DNA of 64,000 nucleotides, taken from Occultella glacieicola (GTDB lineage: Bacteria > Actinomycetota > Actinomycetes > Actinomycetales > Beutenbergiaceae). The stretch spans positions 62,001 to 126,000 of the forward strand of contig NZ_SMNA01000002.1 in assembly GCF_004353825.1 (NCBI RefSeq), read 5' to 3'. Under the pieces are notes generated by a model. The model searched no databases. It was given only the letters and a program-made list of their open reading frames with translations, and had not been told where the DNA came from. Of this stretch, positions 10,513 through 19,056 are shown piece after piece (position 1 is the first letter of the stretch; every line of letters begins with the position of its first letter). The position numbers were made by a program, and so were the translations under genes.

Positions 10513-11535
10513 TCATACGGCGGCGAACCGGTCGATCACGTGCGCGCCGTAGGCCTCCAGGGTGGCGTCGATGGCGTCGTGCTGGAGATAGGCGGCGAAC
10601 TGGTCCACGCCGAGGTCGGCCAGCACCCGGAGCTTGGCGAGGTGCTCCTCCGGGGTGCCGATGATGCAGAACCGTTCCACGATCTCGTCGGGCACGAACG
10701 TGGTGTGGGTGTTCCCGGCCCGGCCGTGCTCGGCGTAGTCGTAACCCTCGCGGCCCTTGATGTAGTCGGTCAGGGCCTGCGGCACGACTCCCGCACTGCC
10801 GTCGCCGTAGCGCGCGACGATGTCGGCGACGTGGTTGCCGACCATCCCCCCGAACCACCGGCACTGCTCCAGCGCATGCGCCCGAGCCTCCGGTCCGCCG
10901 TCGGGCAGCACGTACGCGGGTGCGGCCACGCAGAACGCGATAGCACTCGGATCCCGGCCCACGGCCTCGGCGGCGGCGCGAACGGCGGTGATCATCCACG
11001 AGGCGATCTCCGGGTCGGCCAACTGCAGGATGAACCCGTCCCCCACCTCTCCGGCCAGGGCGAGCGCCTTCGGCCCGTACGCCGCCACCCACACCTCGAG
11101 CTGGGACGACGTGATCCACGGGATCCGCAGCGTCTTCTCGCCCACGGTGGCCTGCCGGCCGTTGGCGAGCTCCCGGATCACGCCGACCGACTCCCGCAGG
11201 CTCGCGAGGGTGGTCGGCCGCCCGCCCTGCACCCGCACGGCCGAGTCCCCCCGCCCGATCCCGCAGATGGTGCGATTGCCGTACATCTCGTTCAGGGTGG
11301 CGAACATCGACGCCAGGACGCTCCAGTCCCGGGTGGCCGGGTTGGTCACCATCGGCCCGACGAGCACCCGCTGCGTGCGGGCGAGCATCGCCGAGTAGAT
11401 GACGAACGGTTCCTCCCACAGCACGTGCGAGTCGAACGTCCACACATGGGAGAACCCGGCCTCCTCCGCGGCCACGGTGAGGTCGACCACGCGCGAGGCG
11501 GGCGGGTTGGTCTGCAGGACGATGCCGAGATCCAT
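10513..11535 (-). CDS. LLM-class probable F420-dependent oxidoreductase (TIGR03842-like)
   Basis: MDLGIVLQTNPP, WTFDSHVLWEEP, GIGRGDSA, AAYGPKAL. Confidence 0.88.
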   Translation of the reverse strand: MDLGIVLQTNPPASRVVDLTVAAEEAGFSHVWTFDSHVLWEEPFVIYSAMLARTQRVLVGPMVTNPATRDWSVLASMFATLNEMYGNRTICGIGRGDSAVRVQGGRPTTLASLRESVGVIRELANGRQATVGEKTLRIPWITSSQLEVWVAAYGPKALALAGEVGDGFILQLADPEIASWMITAVRAAAEAVGRDPSAIAFCVAAPAYVLPDGGPEARAHALEQCRWFGGMVGNHVADIVARYGDGSAGVVPQALTDYIKGREGYDYAEHGRAGNTHTTFVPDEIVERFCIIGTPEEHLAKLRVLADLGVDQFAAYLQHDAIDATLEAYGAHVIDRFAAV

Positions 11536-11551
11536 GTGCGCTCCTTCGCGG

Positions 11552-12973
11552 TCAGATCAGGTACTGGGACAGGCCGCGCTTGATGTACCGGCCGTGTCCC
11601 GCGCGCCCGCGGTACTCACCGTCGTCGACCACCACGGTGCCCCGGGAGAGCACCGTGTCCACGTGACCGTCGATCTCGAAGCCCTCCCATGCGGAGTAGT
11701 CCATGTTCATGTGGTGGGTCTTGCCGAGCCCGATGGACGTGTGCCCGTTCGGGTCGTAGACCACGACGTCCGCGTCGGCACCGGGTTCGATGACTCCCTT
11801 GCGCCCGTACATGCCGAACATCCGCGCCGGGGTGGTGGACGTGATCTCGACCCACCGTTCCAGGCTGAGCCGGCCCTCGACCACGCCCTGGTAGAGCAGG
11901 TCCATCCGGTGCTCCACCGAGCCGATGCCGTTCGGGATCTTCGAGAAGTCCCCGACGCCCATGTCCTTCTGGTCCTTCATGCAGAACGGGCAGTGGTCGG
12001 TGGAGACCATCTGGATGTCGTTCGTGCGCAGGCTCCGCCACATGTGGTCCTGATGGCCCTCGGCCCGGGCCCGCAGCGGCGTGGAGCAGACCCACTTGGC
12101 ACCCTCGAAGCCGGGCGCACCCAACTGCTCCTCGAGCGAGAGGTACAGGTACTGCGGGCAGGTCTCGCCGAAGACGTTCATGCCGCGGTCCCGGGCGGAC
12201 ATGATCTGCTCCACGGCCTGCTTCGCGGACACGTGCACCACATACAGGGGCGCCCCGGTGACGTCGGCGATCATGATCGCCCGGTGGGTGGCCTCCTCCT
12301 CGGCCTGCCAGGGGCGGGAGATCCCGTGGTAGTACGGGTCGGTCTTGCCCTCGGCGATCAGTTGCTGCACGAGCACATCGATCATGGCGCCGTTCTCGGC
12401 GTGCATCATCATCATCGCGCCGTTGTCGGCCCCCTTCTGGAACGCCCGAAGGATCTGGCCGTCGTCGGAGAGGAACACCCCCTTGTAGGCCATGAACAGC
12501 TTGAAACTCGTGACGCCCTCGCTGACGAGCTCGTCCATGGCGCTCAGCGAGGAGTCCTGCACGTCGGAGAGGATCTGATGGAACCCGTAGTCGATGGCGC
12601 AGTTGCCCGCAGCCTTCTCGTGCCAGAGGTGGTACTGGTCCAGGACGTTCTGATCCGGGTACTGGACCACGAAGTCCACGATCGAGGTGGTGCCGCCCCA
12701 GGCCGCGGCCCGGGTGCCGGTCTCGAACGTGTCCGAGGCGAAGGTGCCGCCGAACGGCATCTCCATGTGGGTGTGCGCGTCGATCCCGCCGGGGATGACG
12801 TACTTGCCGCTCGCGTCGATGACGGTGTCCACTGTTGTCCGCAGGTCCGAGCCGAGCACGGTGGAGCCGGGCTCGAGCAGTGCGACGATGCGCTCGCCGT
12901 CGATGAGCACGTCGTACTCGCGGCGACCGGTGCTGGAGACGACGGTGCCTCCGCTGATCAGGGTGGTGGCCAT
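11552..12973 (-). CDS. hydA: Dihydropyrimidinase
   Basis: PGGIDAHTHM, SFKLFMAYKG, HAENG, STDHCPF. Confidence 0.95.
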   Translation of the reverse strand: MATTLISGGTVVSSTGRREYDVLIDGERIVALLEPGSTVLGSDLRTTVDTVIDASGKYVIPGGIDAHTHMEMPFGGTFASDTFETGTRAAAWGGTTSIVDFVVQYPDQNVLDQYHLWHEKAAGNCAIDYGFHQILSDVQDSSLSAMDELVSEGVTSFKLFMAYKGVFLSDDGQILRAFQKGADNGAMMMMHAENGAMIDVLVQQLIAEGKTDPYYHGISRPWQAEEEATHRAIMIADVTGAPLYVVHVSAKQAVEQIMSARDRGMNVFGETCPQYLYLSLEEQLGAPGFEGAKWVCSTPLRARAEGHQDHMWRSLRTNDIQMVSTDHCPFCMKDQKDMGVGDFSKIPNGIGSVEHRMDLLYQGVVEGRLSLERWVEITSTTPARMFGMYGRKGVIEPGADADVVVYDPNGHTSIGLGKTHHMNMDYSAWEGFEIDGHVDTVLSRGTVVVDDGEYRGRAGHGRYIKRGLSQYLI

Positions 12974-13002
12974 GGGGTGCTCCTCTCAGGTCCGGATCCG
13001 GT

Positions 13003-13851
13003 TCAGGGCTTGGGGATCGAGGTGTAGGACTCGGGCCGGCGGTCCCGGTAGAACTGCCAGTCGTTGCGCACCTGGCGGATCAGGTCCAGGTCGAGGTCGC
13101 GGATCACCACCTCCTCGTGCTCGGCGGAGCCGAGGTCCCCGATGTGGTTACCGCGCGGGTCCACGAACTGGCTGGAGCCGTAGAAGGTCACGGCGAGGTC
13201 CCCGTACTCGTTGTCCTCGGTGCCGACCCGGTTCGGGGCGGCCACGAAGTAGCCGTTCGCGGCAGCCGCGGCGGGCTGTTCGATCTCCCAGAGCCGGTTC
13301 GACAGGCCCGGCTTGGTGGCGTTCGGGTTGAACACGATCTGGGCGCCGTTCAGGCCGAGCTCGCGCCAGCCCTCGGGAAAGTGCCGGTCGTAGCAGATGT
13401 AGACCCCGACCGGGCCGACGGCGGTGGCGAACACCGGGTAGCCGAGGTTGCCCGGCCGGAAGTAGAACTTCTCCCAGAACTTGTCGAGGTTCGGGATGTG
13501 GTGCTTGCGGTAGGAGCCGAGGATGGTGCCGTCGGCGTCGACCACGACGGCGGTGTTGTAGTAGACGCCGGGCTGCTCCTCCTCGTAGATGGGCAGGATC
13601 ATCACCAGGGCGAGTTCCTTGGCGAGGGCGGCGAAGCGCTGCACGATCGGCCCGTCCGCCGGCTCGGCGTAGGCGTAGTACTTGGGATCCTCGGTGATGC
13701 CGAAGTACGGGCCGTAGAACAGCTCCTGGAAGCAGATGATCTGCGCCCCCTGTTCCTTCGCGTCCCGGGCGAACTGCTCGTGCTTGGCGACCATCGACTC
13801 CTTGTCACCGGTCCAGGTCGTCTGCGTGATCGCAGCGCGTACGACGGTCAT
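13003..13851 (-). CDS. Nitrilase-family C-N hydrolase, probable beta-ureidopropionase
   Basis: CFQELF, YRKHHIP, ICYDRHFPE (E-K-C triad); adjacent to hydA. Confidence 0.9.
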   Translation of the reverse strand: MTVVRAAITQTTWTGDKESMVAKHEQFARDAKEQGAQIICFQELFYGPYFGITEDPKYYAYAEPADGPIVQRFAALAKELALVMILPIYEEEQPGVYYNTAVVVDADGTILGSYRKHHIPNLDKFWEKFYFRPGNLGYPVFATAVGPVGVYICYDRHFPEGWRELGLNGAQIVFNPNATKPGLSNRLWEIEQPAAAAANGYFVAAPNRVGTEDNEYGDLAVTFYGSSQFVDPRGNHIGDLGSAEHEEVVIRDLDLDLIRQVRNDWQFYRDRRPESYTSIPKP

Positions 13852-13911
13852 CCCGCTCTCCCATCCTCCGGGCGGGCGGTCGATCGATCCGCGCCCGGTA
13901 CGTGTCCGGTC

Positions 13912-13964
13912 ATTCTTTGACGTACGTGTTACGGCGGCATTTCACTCGGTGTCTCGCATGTGAC
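13912..13964 (-). promoter_or_regulatory. Putative GlnR boxes and -10 of the pyrimidine operon
   Basis: Minus strand GTCAC-n6-GACAC-n5-GAAAT-n6-GTAAC, 10 nt, then AAGAAT. Confidence 0.6.
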
Positions 13965-14127
13965 ACGCCGTCGTGCCAGCCCCAACGTAACGCGAGGGAG
14001 GTCACCATGGCACGAATTTCCTCCGGCCGGGGCGGGTACCGATCCGTGAGCCCCCGATGCCTACCCTCCGGGCGGACCGGAGGAATCGTCCATCGCCGAC
14101 CCGGCACCTTGGCGCCGACGGTAGGAG

Positions 14128-14598
14128 TCAGCCGACGGGCGCGCAGGTGTACTGCAGCTCGGCGCCGTCATGCTGCACGTAGTGCAGCCCGGTGAAACCA
14201 TGTCCTCCGACGAACTCCACGCTGACCTGACTCTCGTCCTCGTCGAGCTGGAACAGCGTGGACGTCAACCTCGTCCCGTTCGCCGCCTCGACGACGATGT
14301 CGATGCTGCGACCCTCCGGCGCATCACCGATGTACCGGGCGGCCAGTGTCATGGTCGCGAAATCCAGGACCTCGGGTCCACTCGCCCCGCCGATCCTCGG
14401 GACGACGAGCGTGCGGCTCTCCTCACCAACGTCAGAGCCGGCCTGGGGCCGGTACTTCGCGGCGCACTCGATCGCATCCGGTGGCGTTGCCTGCGGCTCG
14501 GGCGCAGCAGTGCAGGACACGAGCAGGGCGCCCGCGGCCGCCCACCCGAGGAAGGTCACCGTCCGTGGCGCGCTGACCTGCGTGATCGAGCGGGTCAT
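14128..14598 (-). CDS. Hypothetical lipoprotein
   Basis: Lipobox LLVSC; GAGGAG RBS; two further Cys. Confidence 0.7.
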   Translation of the reverse strand: MTRSITQVSAPRTVTFLGWAAAGALLVSCTAAPEPQATPPDAIECAAKYRPQAGSDVGEESRTLVVPRIGGASGPEVLDFATMTLAARYIGDAPEGRSIDIVVEAANGTRLTSTLFQLDEDESQVSVEFVGGHGFTGLHYVQHDGAELQYTCAPVG

Positions 14599-14668
14599 GG
14601 ACACTCCTCGATTTGGGGTTTCGGGGCTTCGGCCGCCCGTCGCTCGGTGGCTCTCGGCTCGTGCCGGC

Positions 14669-15454
14669 TCAGAGCCCGACGCCGCGGGCCACCTGCGTGT
14701 TCGAGGCCTGCGCGACGGGCCGAATCGTGAGCGAGTCGATGTTGACGTGCCGCGGCCGGGTCAGAGTCCAGGTGATCGCATCCGCGACGTCCTCGGCGAG
14801 CAACGGGTTCGCGACGCCGTCGTAGACGGCCGCGGCCCGGGCCGGGTCGCCGAGCCGGTTCACCGCGAACTCCTCCGTGCGCACCATTCCCGGGGCGACC
14901 TCGATCACCCGGATCGGCTCGCCGTTCAGTTCCAGGCGGAGGGTGTTCCCGAGCACCCGCTCGGCGTGCTTGGCGGCCACGTACCCGGCGCCGCCGGGAT
15001 AGGTGCCGTGCGCCGCGGTGGAGGTGAGCAGCAGGATGTCCCCGCCTCCGTCGGCCCGCAGCTGCGGCAGCAGCGCCTGCGTGACCCGCAGGGTCGAGGA
15101 GACGTTGATCCGGAACATCTCCTCCCAGTCCGCCACCGATCCGGACTCGACCGGATCGGCGCCACGGGCGCCGCCGGCGTTGTTCACGAGGGCGTCGAGC
15201 CGTCCGCCCTCGGCGACGGCCTTCGCCAGGGCAGCCACGTCCTCGTCGCGGGTGAGGTCGGCGACGACGTACTCGGCACCGGTCTCGGCGGCCAGCGCCG
15301 CCAGCCGGTCGGACCGGCGGGCGGTGGCGACGACGGCGTACCCCGCCGTCCGCAGGGAGCGCACCGTCGCGGCACCGATGCCGGTGGATGCGCCGGTGAC
15401 GACCGCGCGCCGCACGATCGGCGCGTCGGGTCCCGTGGTGGGTGGCTGGCTCAT
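14669..15454 (-). CDS. SDR oxidoreductase, YdfG-like NADP-dependent hydroxy-acid dehydrogenase
   Basis: TGASTGIG, NNAGGARG, YPGGAGYVAAK, PGMVRTEEF, RPRHVNI. Confidence 0.88.
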   Translation of the reverse strand: MSQPPTTGPDAPIVRRAVVTGASTGIGAATVRSLRTAGYAVVATARRSDRLAALAAETGAEYVVADLTRDEDVAALAKAVAEGGRLDALVNNAGGARGADPVESGSVADWEEMFRINVSSTLRVTQALLPQLRADGGGDILLLTSTAAHGTYPGGAGYVAAKHAERVLGNTLRLELNGEPIRVIEVAPGMVRTEEFAVNRLGDPARAAAVYDGVANPLLAEDVADAITWTLTRPRHVNIDSLTIRPVAQASNTQVARGVGL

Positions 15455-15541
15455 GGCGTCATGGTGCTACCGGCCCCGGCCGACCGGTAGCACCGTCCAT
15501 TGGATGGACTGGATGGATGCAGGCGGCCGCGGTCCCCGGGG

Positions 15542-16267
15542 TCAGAGGTAGCCGCAGGCGCTGCCCCAATTCGTGTAGTGGCCGAGCCCGACGTAACGCC
15601 AGAACCGGGCGCTGTAGTTCGTGCTGGCTCCCGAGTACACGCTCACGCTGCGCTGCACGCCGTAGGTGTATCCGGACACGCCACTGCTGACGAGCTTCGG
15701 GGAGGACCCGCAGCTCTTGTAGATGCTCATGTATCCGGAGATGCTGCCGCCGCCGTAGTAGGCGAAGCTGCTCACCACGTAGTTGCCGCTGCGGTACACG
15801 CAGAGCGAACCGGGGCCGCTCGTCGTGGAGCAGTCGGCGCCGGTCGCGCCGAATCGCTGGGTGTGCGCCTGGGCCGTCGCCAGACCCTGGGTGGTGGAGC
15901 CGAAGGTCGTGGTGCGCGCCGGTGCGCAGTCCTCACGACGGTCGACAACGGGCAGCAACACGTCCGCCGGTGCGCCGATCTGGGCGGCGACCTCTGGCAT
16001 GGTGGTGTCGGTGATCTCCACCGAGAGCAGGGTGCAGCCGCGCTGGGCCGCGTCCGCCGCCCAGTCGGTGGCACGGGCGGTCGCGCGTTCGGCCTCGGAC
16101 CACGCATACCACTCGGCGTCGGTCGCGTCGGCCGCCGGCTGGCCTGCGGCCTCGGGCTCCAACGGCTCGGCATCGGCCGAGGCCGGCGCCACCAGGAGCA
16201 CCCCCGCCAGCAGGGCCGCTGCACCGGCGACCGCGGCAGCGGTGGCCCTCATTCGTGAGGTACTCAC
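15542..16267 (-). CDS. Secreted protein with 6 Cys and a G/S/Y-rich C-terminal domain
   Basis: Signal peptide ending ASA-D; coding-like codon usage. Confidence 0.75.
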   Translation of the reverse strand: MSTSRMRATAAAVAGAAALLAGVLLVAPASADAEPLEPEAAGQPAADATDAEWYAWSEAERATARATDWAADAAQRGCTLLSVEITDTTMPEVAAQIGAPADVLLPVVDRREDCAPARTTTFGSTTQGLATAQAHTQRFGATGADCSTTSGPGSLCVYRSGNYVVSSFAYYGGGSISGYMSIYKSCGSSPKLVSSGVSGYTYGVQRSVSVYSGASTNYSARFWRYVGLGHYTNWGSACGYL

Positions 16268-16308
16268 GTACTCCCCCTTCGCCGGTCTCTCGACCGGGGT
16301 TGGTTCCA

Positions 16309-16375
16309 GTTGTCTCGTGCCACCACGATCGTGACACAGATCACGTGTGTAATCACCCCAGGGGTGCCGGACATA
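16309..16375. promoter_or_regulatory. Back-to-back ECF-type promoters
   Basis: Minus TGTGTCAC-n16-GACA (16309-16338) and plus TGTGTAAT-n16-GACA (16346-16375), with identical spacing. Confidence 0.55.
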
Positions 16376-16404
16376 TCAGGTTGTAGGGGACGGGGAGAGG
16401 GTGG

Positions 16405-16947
16405 ATGAAGGCCACGCCGGAGGAGCGGTTCGAGTCGTTGTACTGGACTCACCACCGTGAGCTGTTGGCCTTCATCCGCCGTCGGACCTCGCCGAACGTC
16501 GCGGAGGACATCCTGGCCGAGACGTTCGTGGTCACATGGCGACGGATCGAGGAGGTGCCGATGGAAGCGCGACCGTGGTTGTTCGGCGTCGCCCGGAATT
16601 CGATCCGGAACTACCTGCGCGCGGACGGTCGGCAGCAGGCGTTGCGGATCCGGCTCGAGCAGGAGCCGCCGGAGGCGCAGCCGGACCTCTCGGTGGCGAT
16701 CGCCAGCCGGGCGGACCTGGTCACCGCCTGGAACCTGTTGACCGACTCCGAGCAGGAGGTCATCGCGCTGACCGCGTGGGATGACCTCAGCAACAGCGAG
16801 GCCGCGACGGTGCTGGGGTGCACCAAGAGCGCGTTCGCCGTGCGCCTGTTCCGGGCGCGCAGACGCCTCCTCCATCTGTTGGAGCGCACCGGGACCGGAT
16901 CCTCGCGTTCGGGTCCGCGGCGACAGGCGCAGGGGAGCCAGTCATGA
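16405..16947 (+). CDS. ECF RNA polymerase sigma factor
   Basis: AEDILAETFVVTWRR, RPWLFGVARN, region 4 EAATVLGC...VRLFRARRRL. Confidence 0.93.
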   Translation: MKATPEERFESLYWTHHRELLAFIRRRTSPNVAEDILAETFVVTWRRIEEVPMEARPWLFGVARNSIRNYLRADGRQQALRIRLEQEPPEAQPDLSVAIASRADLVTAWNLLTDSEQEVIALTAWDDLSNSEAATVLGCTKSAFAVRLFRARRRLLHLLERTGTGSSRSGPRRQAQGSQS

Positions 16948-17783
16948 GCGACAACAACTCGACGCTGCTGCGTGCCGTGCAGCAGCTTGACCCGCAGGCG
17001 AACCCGGACCCGGTGGACAGCGACGCCCTTCTGGCGCGGGTCCGGTTGGCGATCGCGGACGCTCCTGCGGAGATGCCGGACCTCGCGCCGAGGCCGGTGC
17101 CACGGACCACCCGACGGGTCGTGGTCGGAGCGGCGGCCACGATCCTTCTCGGCGCCGCCGTCTACACGGTCGCGAATCCGGCCCAGCCGCCCGCGTACGC
17201 CTCCTGGACGCCGACCCCGACGGAACTCACCGCCCCGGTGGCTGCCGAGCGCGCCGTCGAATGCCCGACGGTGGAGGTCATGCAGGGCCCGCCCGAGGAC
17301 CCCACCGACATGACCGACATTCCGCTCACCATGAATCTGGCCGAGGAGCGCGGCGACTACACGTTCGCGGTGTCCTCGGGGGTCGGCGCCGAGGGGGAGA
17401 GCGCGTACAGCGTCTGTCTCATCGAACCGGACCGCATCACCGCGCAGGGGGAGGTCCTGCCGGCGGATGCGCTGACGCCCCCGGCCGCGTCCGACGTTGT
17501 CGTGCTGAACTCGAGCATCGACTGGAGTGTGAGTTCCGAGGAGGACGCCATCACCTACCTGGTCGGAACCGCCGGTGCGGACGTGACGGGCATCGATGTG
17601 AACGCTGTGGCCGGCAGCTTCGCCCACGCCTCGCTCGCCGACGGCTGGTGGGCCGTGTGGTTCCCGGGCGACGTGGACCTGACCACCGATCTGACCGTGA
17701 CCACGAGCGACGGCACCACCCGGGAGGTCGCCGCGGTGCCGGGCAGCTCGGACGACACCGGCGATCCGGAGGACACCGACTGA
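16944..17783 (+). CDS. Single-pass membrane protein, probable anti-sigma factor
   Basis: ATGA overlap with the sigma gene; short cytoplasmic N-terminus, one TM helix, extracellular domain. Confidence 0.75.
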   Translation: MSDNNSTLLRAVQQLDPQANPDPVDSDALLARVRLAIADAPAEMPDLAPRPVPRTTRRVVVGAAATILLGAAVYTVANPAQPPAYASWTPTPTELTAPVAAERAVECPTVEVMQGPPEDPTDMTDIPLTMNLAEERGDYTFAVSSGVGAEGESAYSVCLIEPDRITAQGEVLPADALTPPAASDVVVLNSSIDWSVSSEEDAITYLVGTAGADVTGIDVNAVAGSFAHASLADGWWAVWFPGDVDLTTDLTVTTSDGTTREVAAVPGSSDDTGDPEDTD

Positions 17784-17880
17784 GTCGGAACACAACCGAA
17801 CAAGTCTTGGACGGCCCGGTCGGCACGCCGATCGTGCAGGTCCGGGCACCGGAGTGGGGAGGGCCATCCGGCGCCCCACG

Positions 17881-17910
17881 GGGCCGGCCGCGCGGGGGCG
17901 CGGCCGGCTC
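17881..17910 (+). terminator. GC-rich hairpin after the sigma/anti-sigma operon
   Basis: GGGCCGGCCGCGC-gggg-GCGCGGCCGGCTC. Confidence 0.5.
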
Positions 17911-17932
17911 CCGTTGTAGGGTGGGAGACCAC

Positions 17933-17989
17933 GGACACCGGGGCTGACTGTGCCCCGAGTTTGACCGGCCCGATCTGGCCGGCGGGTCC
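17933..17989 (+). ncRNA. Candidate structured 5' leader (three-way junction)
   Basis: GGAC/GTCC closing stem around two 6-bp hairpins, just downstream of a TAGGGT -10 (17917-17922). Confidence 0.4.
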
Positions 17990-18030
17990 TTTGCGCATCC
18001 CCGAGATCCCACCCGCGCTGGAGCCTGCCC

Positions 18031-19056
18031 ATGTCCCATGCTCGTCCCGTCGCCGCGCGCCCGGCCGCGGCGTTGCCCCTCGTCCTCGCCCTGGCCGCCT
18101 GCTCGGGCGGCGCCGCACCGGACCCGCCCGGCGCCGTGCCGCAGGAGTCGACCGTTCAGGCCGAGGTCGGGTACCCGGTGACCGTCGACAACTGCGGCAC
18201 GGAGGTGTCGCTGGAGGCGCCACCGGAACGCATCGTCACCATCAAGTCGGCCCCGACGGAGATGGTCCTGGCGCTCGGCCTCGGCGACCGGCTCGTCGGG
18301 ACCGCGTTCGCCGACGGTCCGCTCCCGGACGACCTGGCCGACGCCGGAGCCGACGTTCCCGTGCTCGCCGAGCAGGCGCCGTCGTCGGAGGTGGTGCTGT
18401 CCACCGAACCGGACCTGGTCTACGCGGGCTGGGAATCGAACCTGAGCGCCGAGACGGCCGGCGACCGGACCGCACTGGCCGACCTGGGCGTGGCCACCTA
18501 TGTGAGTCCTGCGGCGTGCCTCGAGGAGGGCTACCAACCGGACCCACTCACATTCGACGGCGTGTTCGCCGACATCATCGAGGCCGGGGACCTGCTCGGG
18601 GCCCCCGACGCGGCCGCGGACCTGGTGGCCGCACAGCAGGAGGAGCTGGCGGCCGTGGCGCCGTCGGACTCCGGGCTGAGTGCGCTCTGGTACTCCTCGG
18701 GCTCGGACACCCCGTACGTCGGAGCCGGGATCGGCGCGCCCCAGATGCTGATGGACGCGATCGGCGTGGAGAACATCGCCGCGGACATCGACGACTCGTG
18801 GTCCTCGCTGTCCTGGGAGGCGATCGCCGACGCCGAGCCGGACCTGATCATCCTGGTCGACTCCGCCTGGAACACGGCCGAGTACAAGATCGGCCAGCTG
18901 GAGGCGAACCCGACCACCGCGGCGCTGCCCGCGGTGCAGGAGGGGCGGTACCTGATCGTGGACTTCCCCGCCACCGAGGCCGGGGTGCGCAGCGTCCCGG
19001 CCGCGACCGAGCTCGCCGACCAGCTGGCGCAGCTGGAGTCGGGACCCGGCTCATGA
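18031..19056 (+). CDS. Putative F420-0 ABC transporter substrate-binding lipoprotein (BtuF/FepB fold)
   Basis: Lipobox LAAC; VDNCG, RIVTIKS, VYAGWESN, TPYVGAGIGAP, FPATEAGVR recall the TIGR03868 family; cofE nearby. Confidence 0.8.
   Translation: MSHARPVAARPAAALPLVLALAACSGGAAPDPPGAVPQESTVQAEVGYPVTVDNCGTEVSLEAPPERIVTIKSAPTEMVLALGLGDRLVGTAFADGPLPDDLADAGADVPVLAEQAPSSEVVLSTEPDLVYAGWESNLSAETAGDRTALADLGVATYVSPAACLEEGYQPDPLTFDGVFADIIEAGDLLGAPDAAADLVAAQQEELAAVAPSDSGLSALWYSSGSDTPYVGAGIGAPQMLMDAIGVENIAADIDDSWSSLSWEAIADAEPDLIILVDSAWNTAEYKIGQLEANPTTAALPAVQEGRYLIVDFPATEAGVRSVPAATELADQLAQLESGPGS

Noticed and set aside
17784..18030. Cobalamin, FMN or ZTP riboswitch before the BtuF-like transporter
   Set aside because: No B12-box or FMN consensus. 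GTGGGAGACCAC resembles one ZTP hairpin, but the other ZTP elements are not in the right order.
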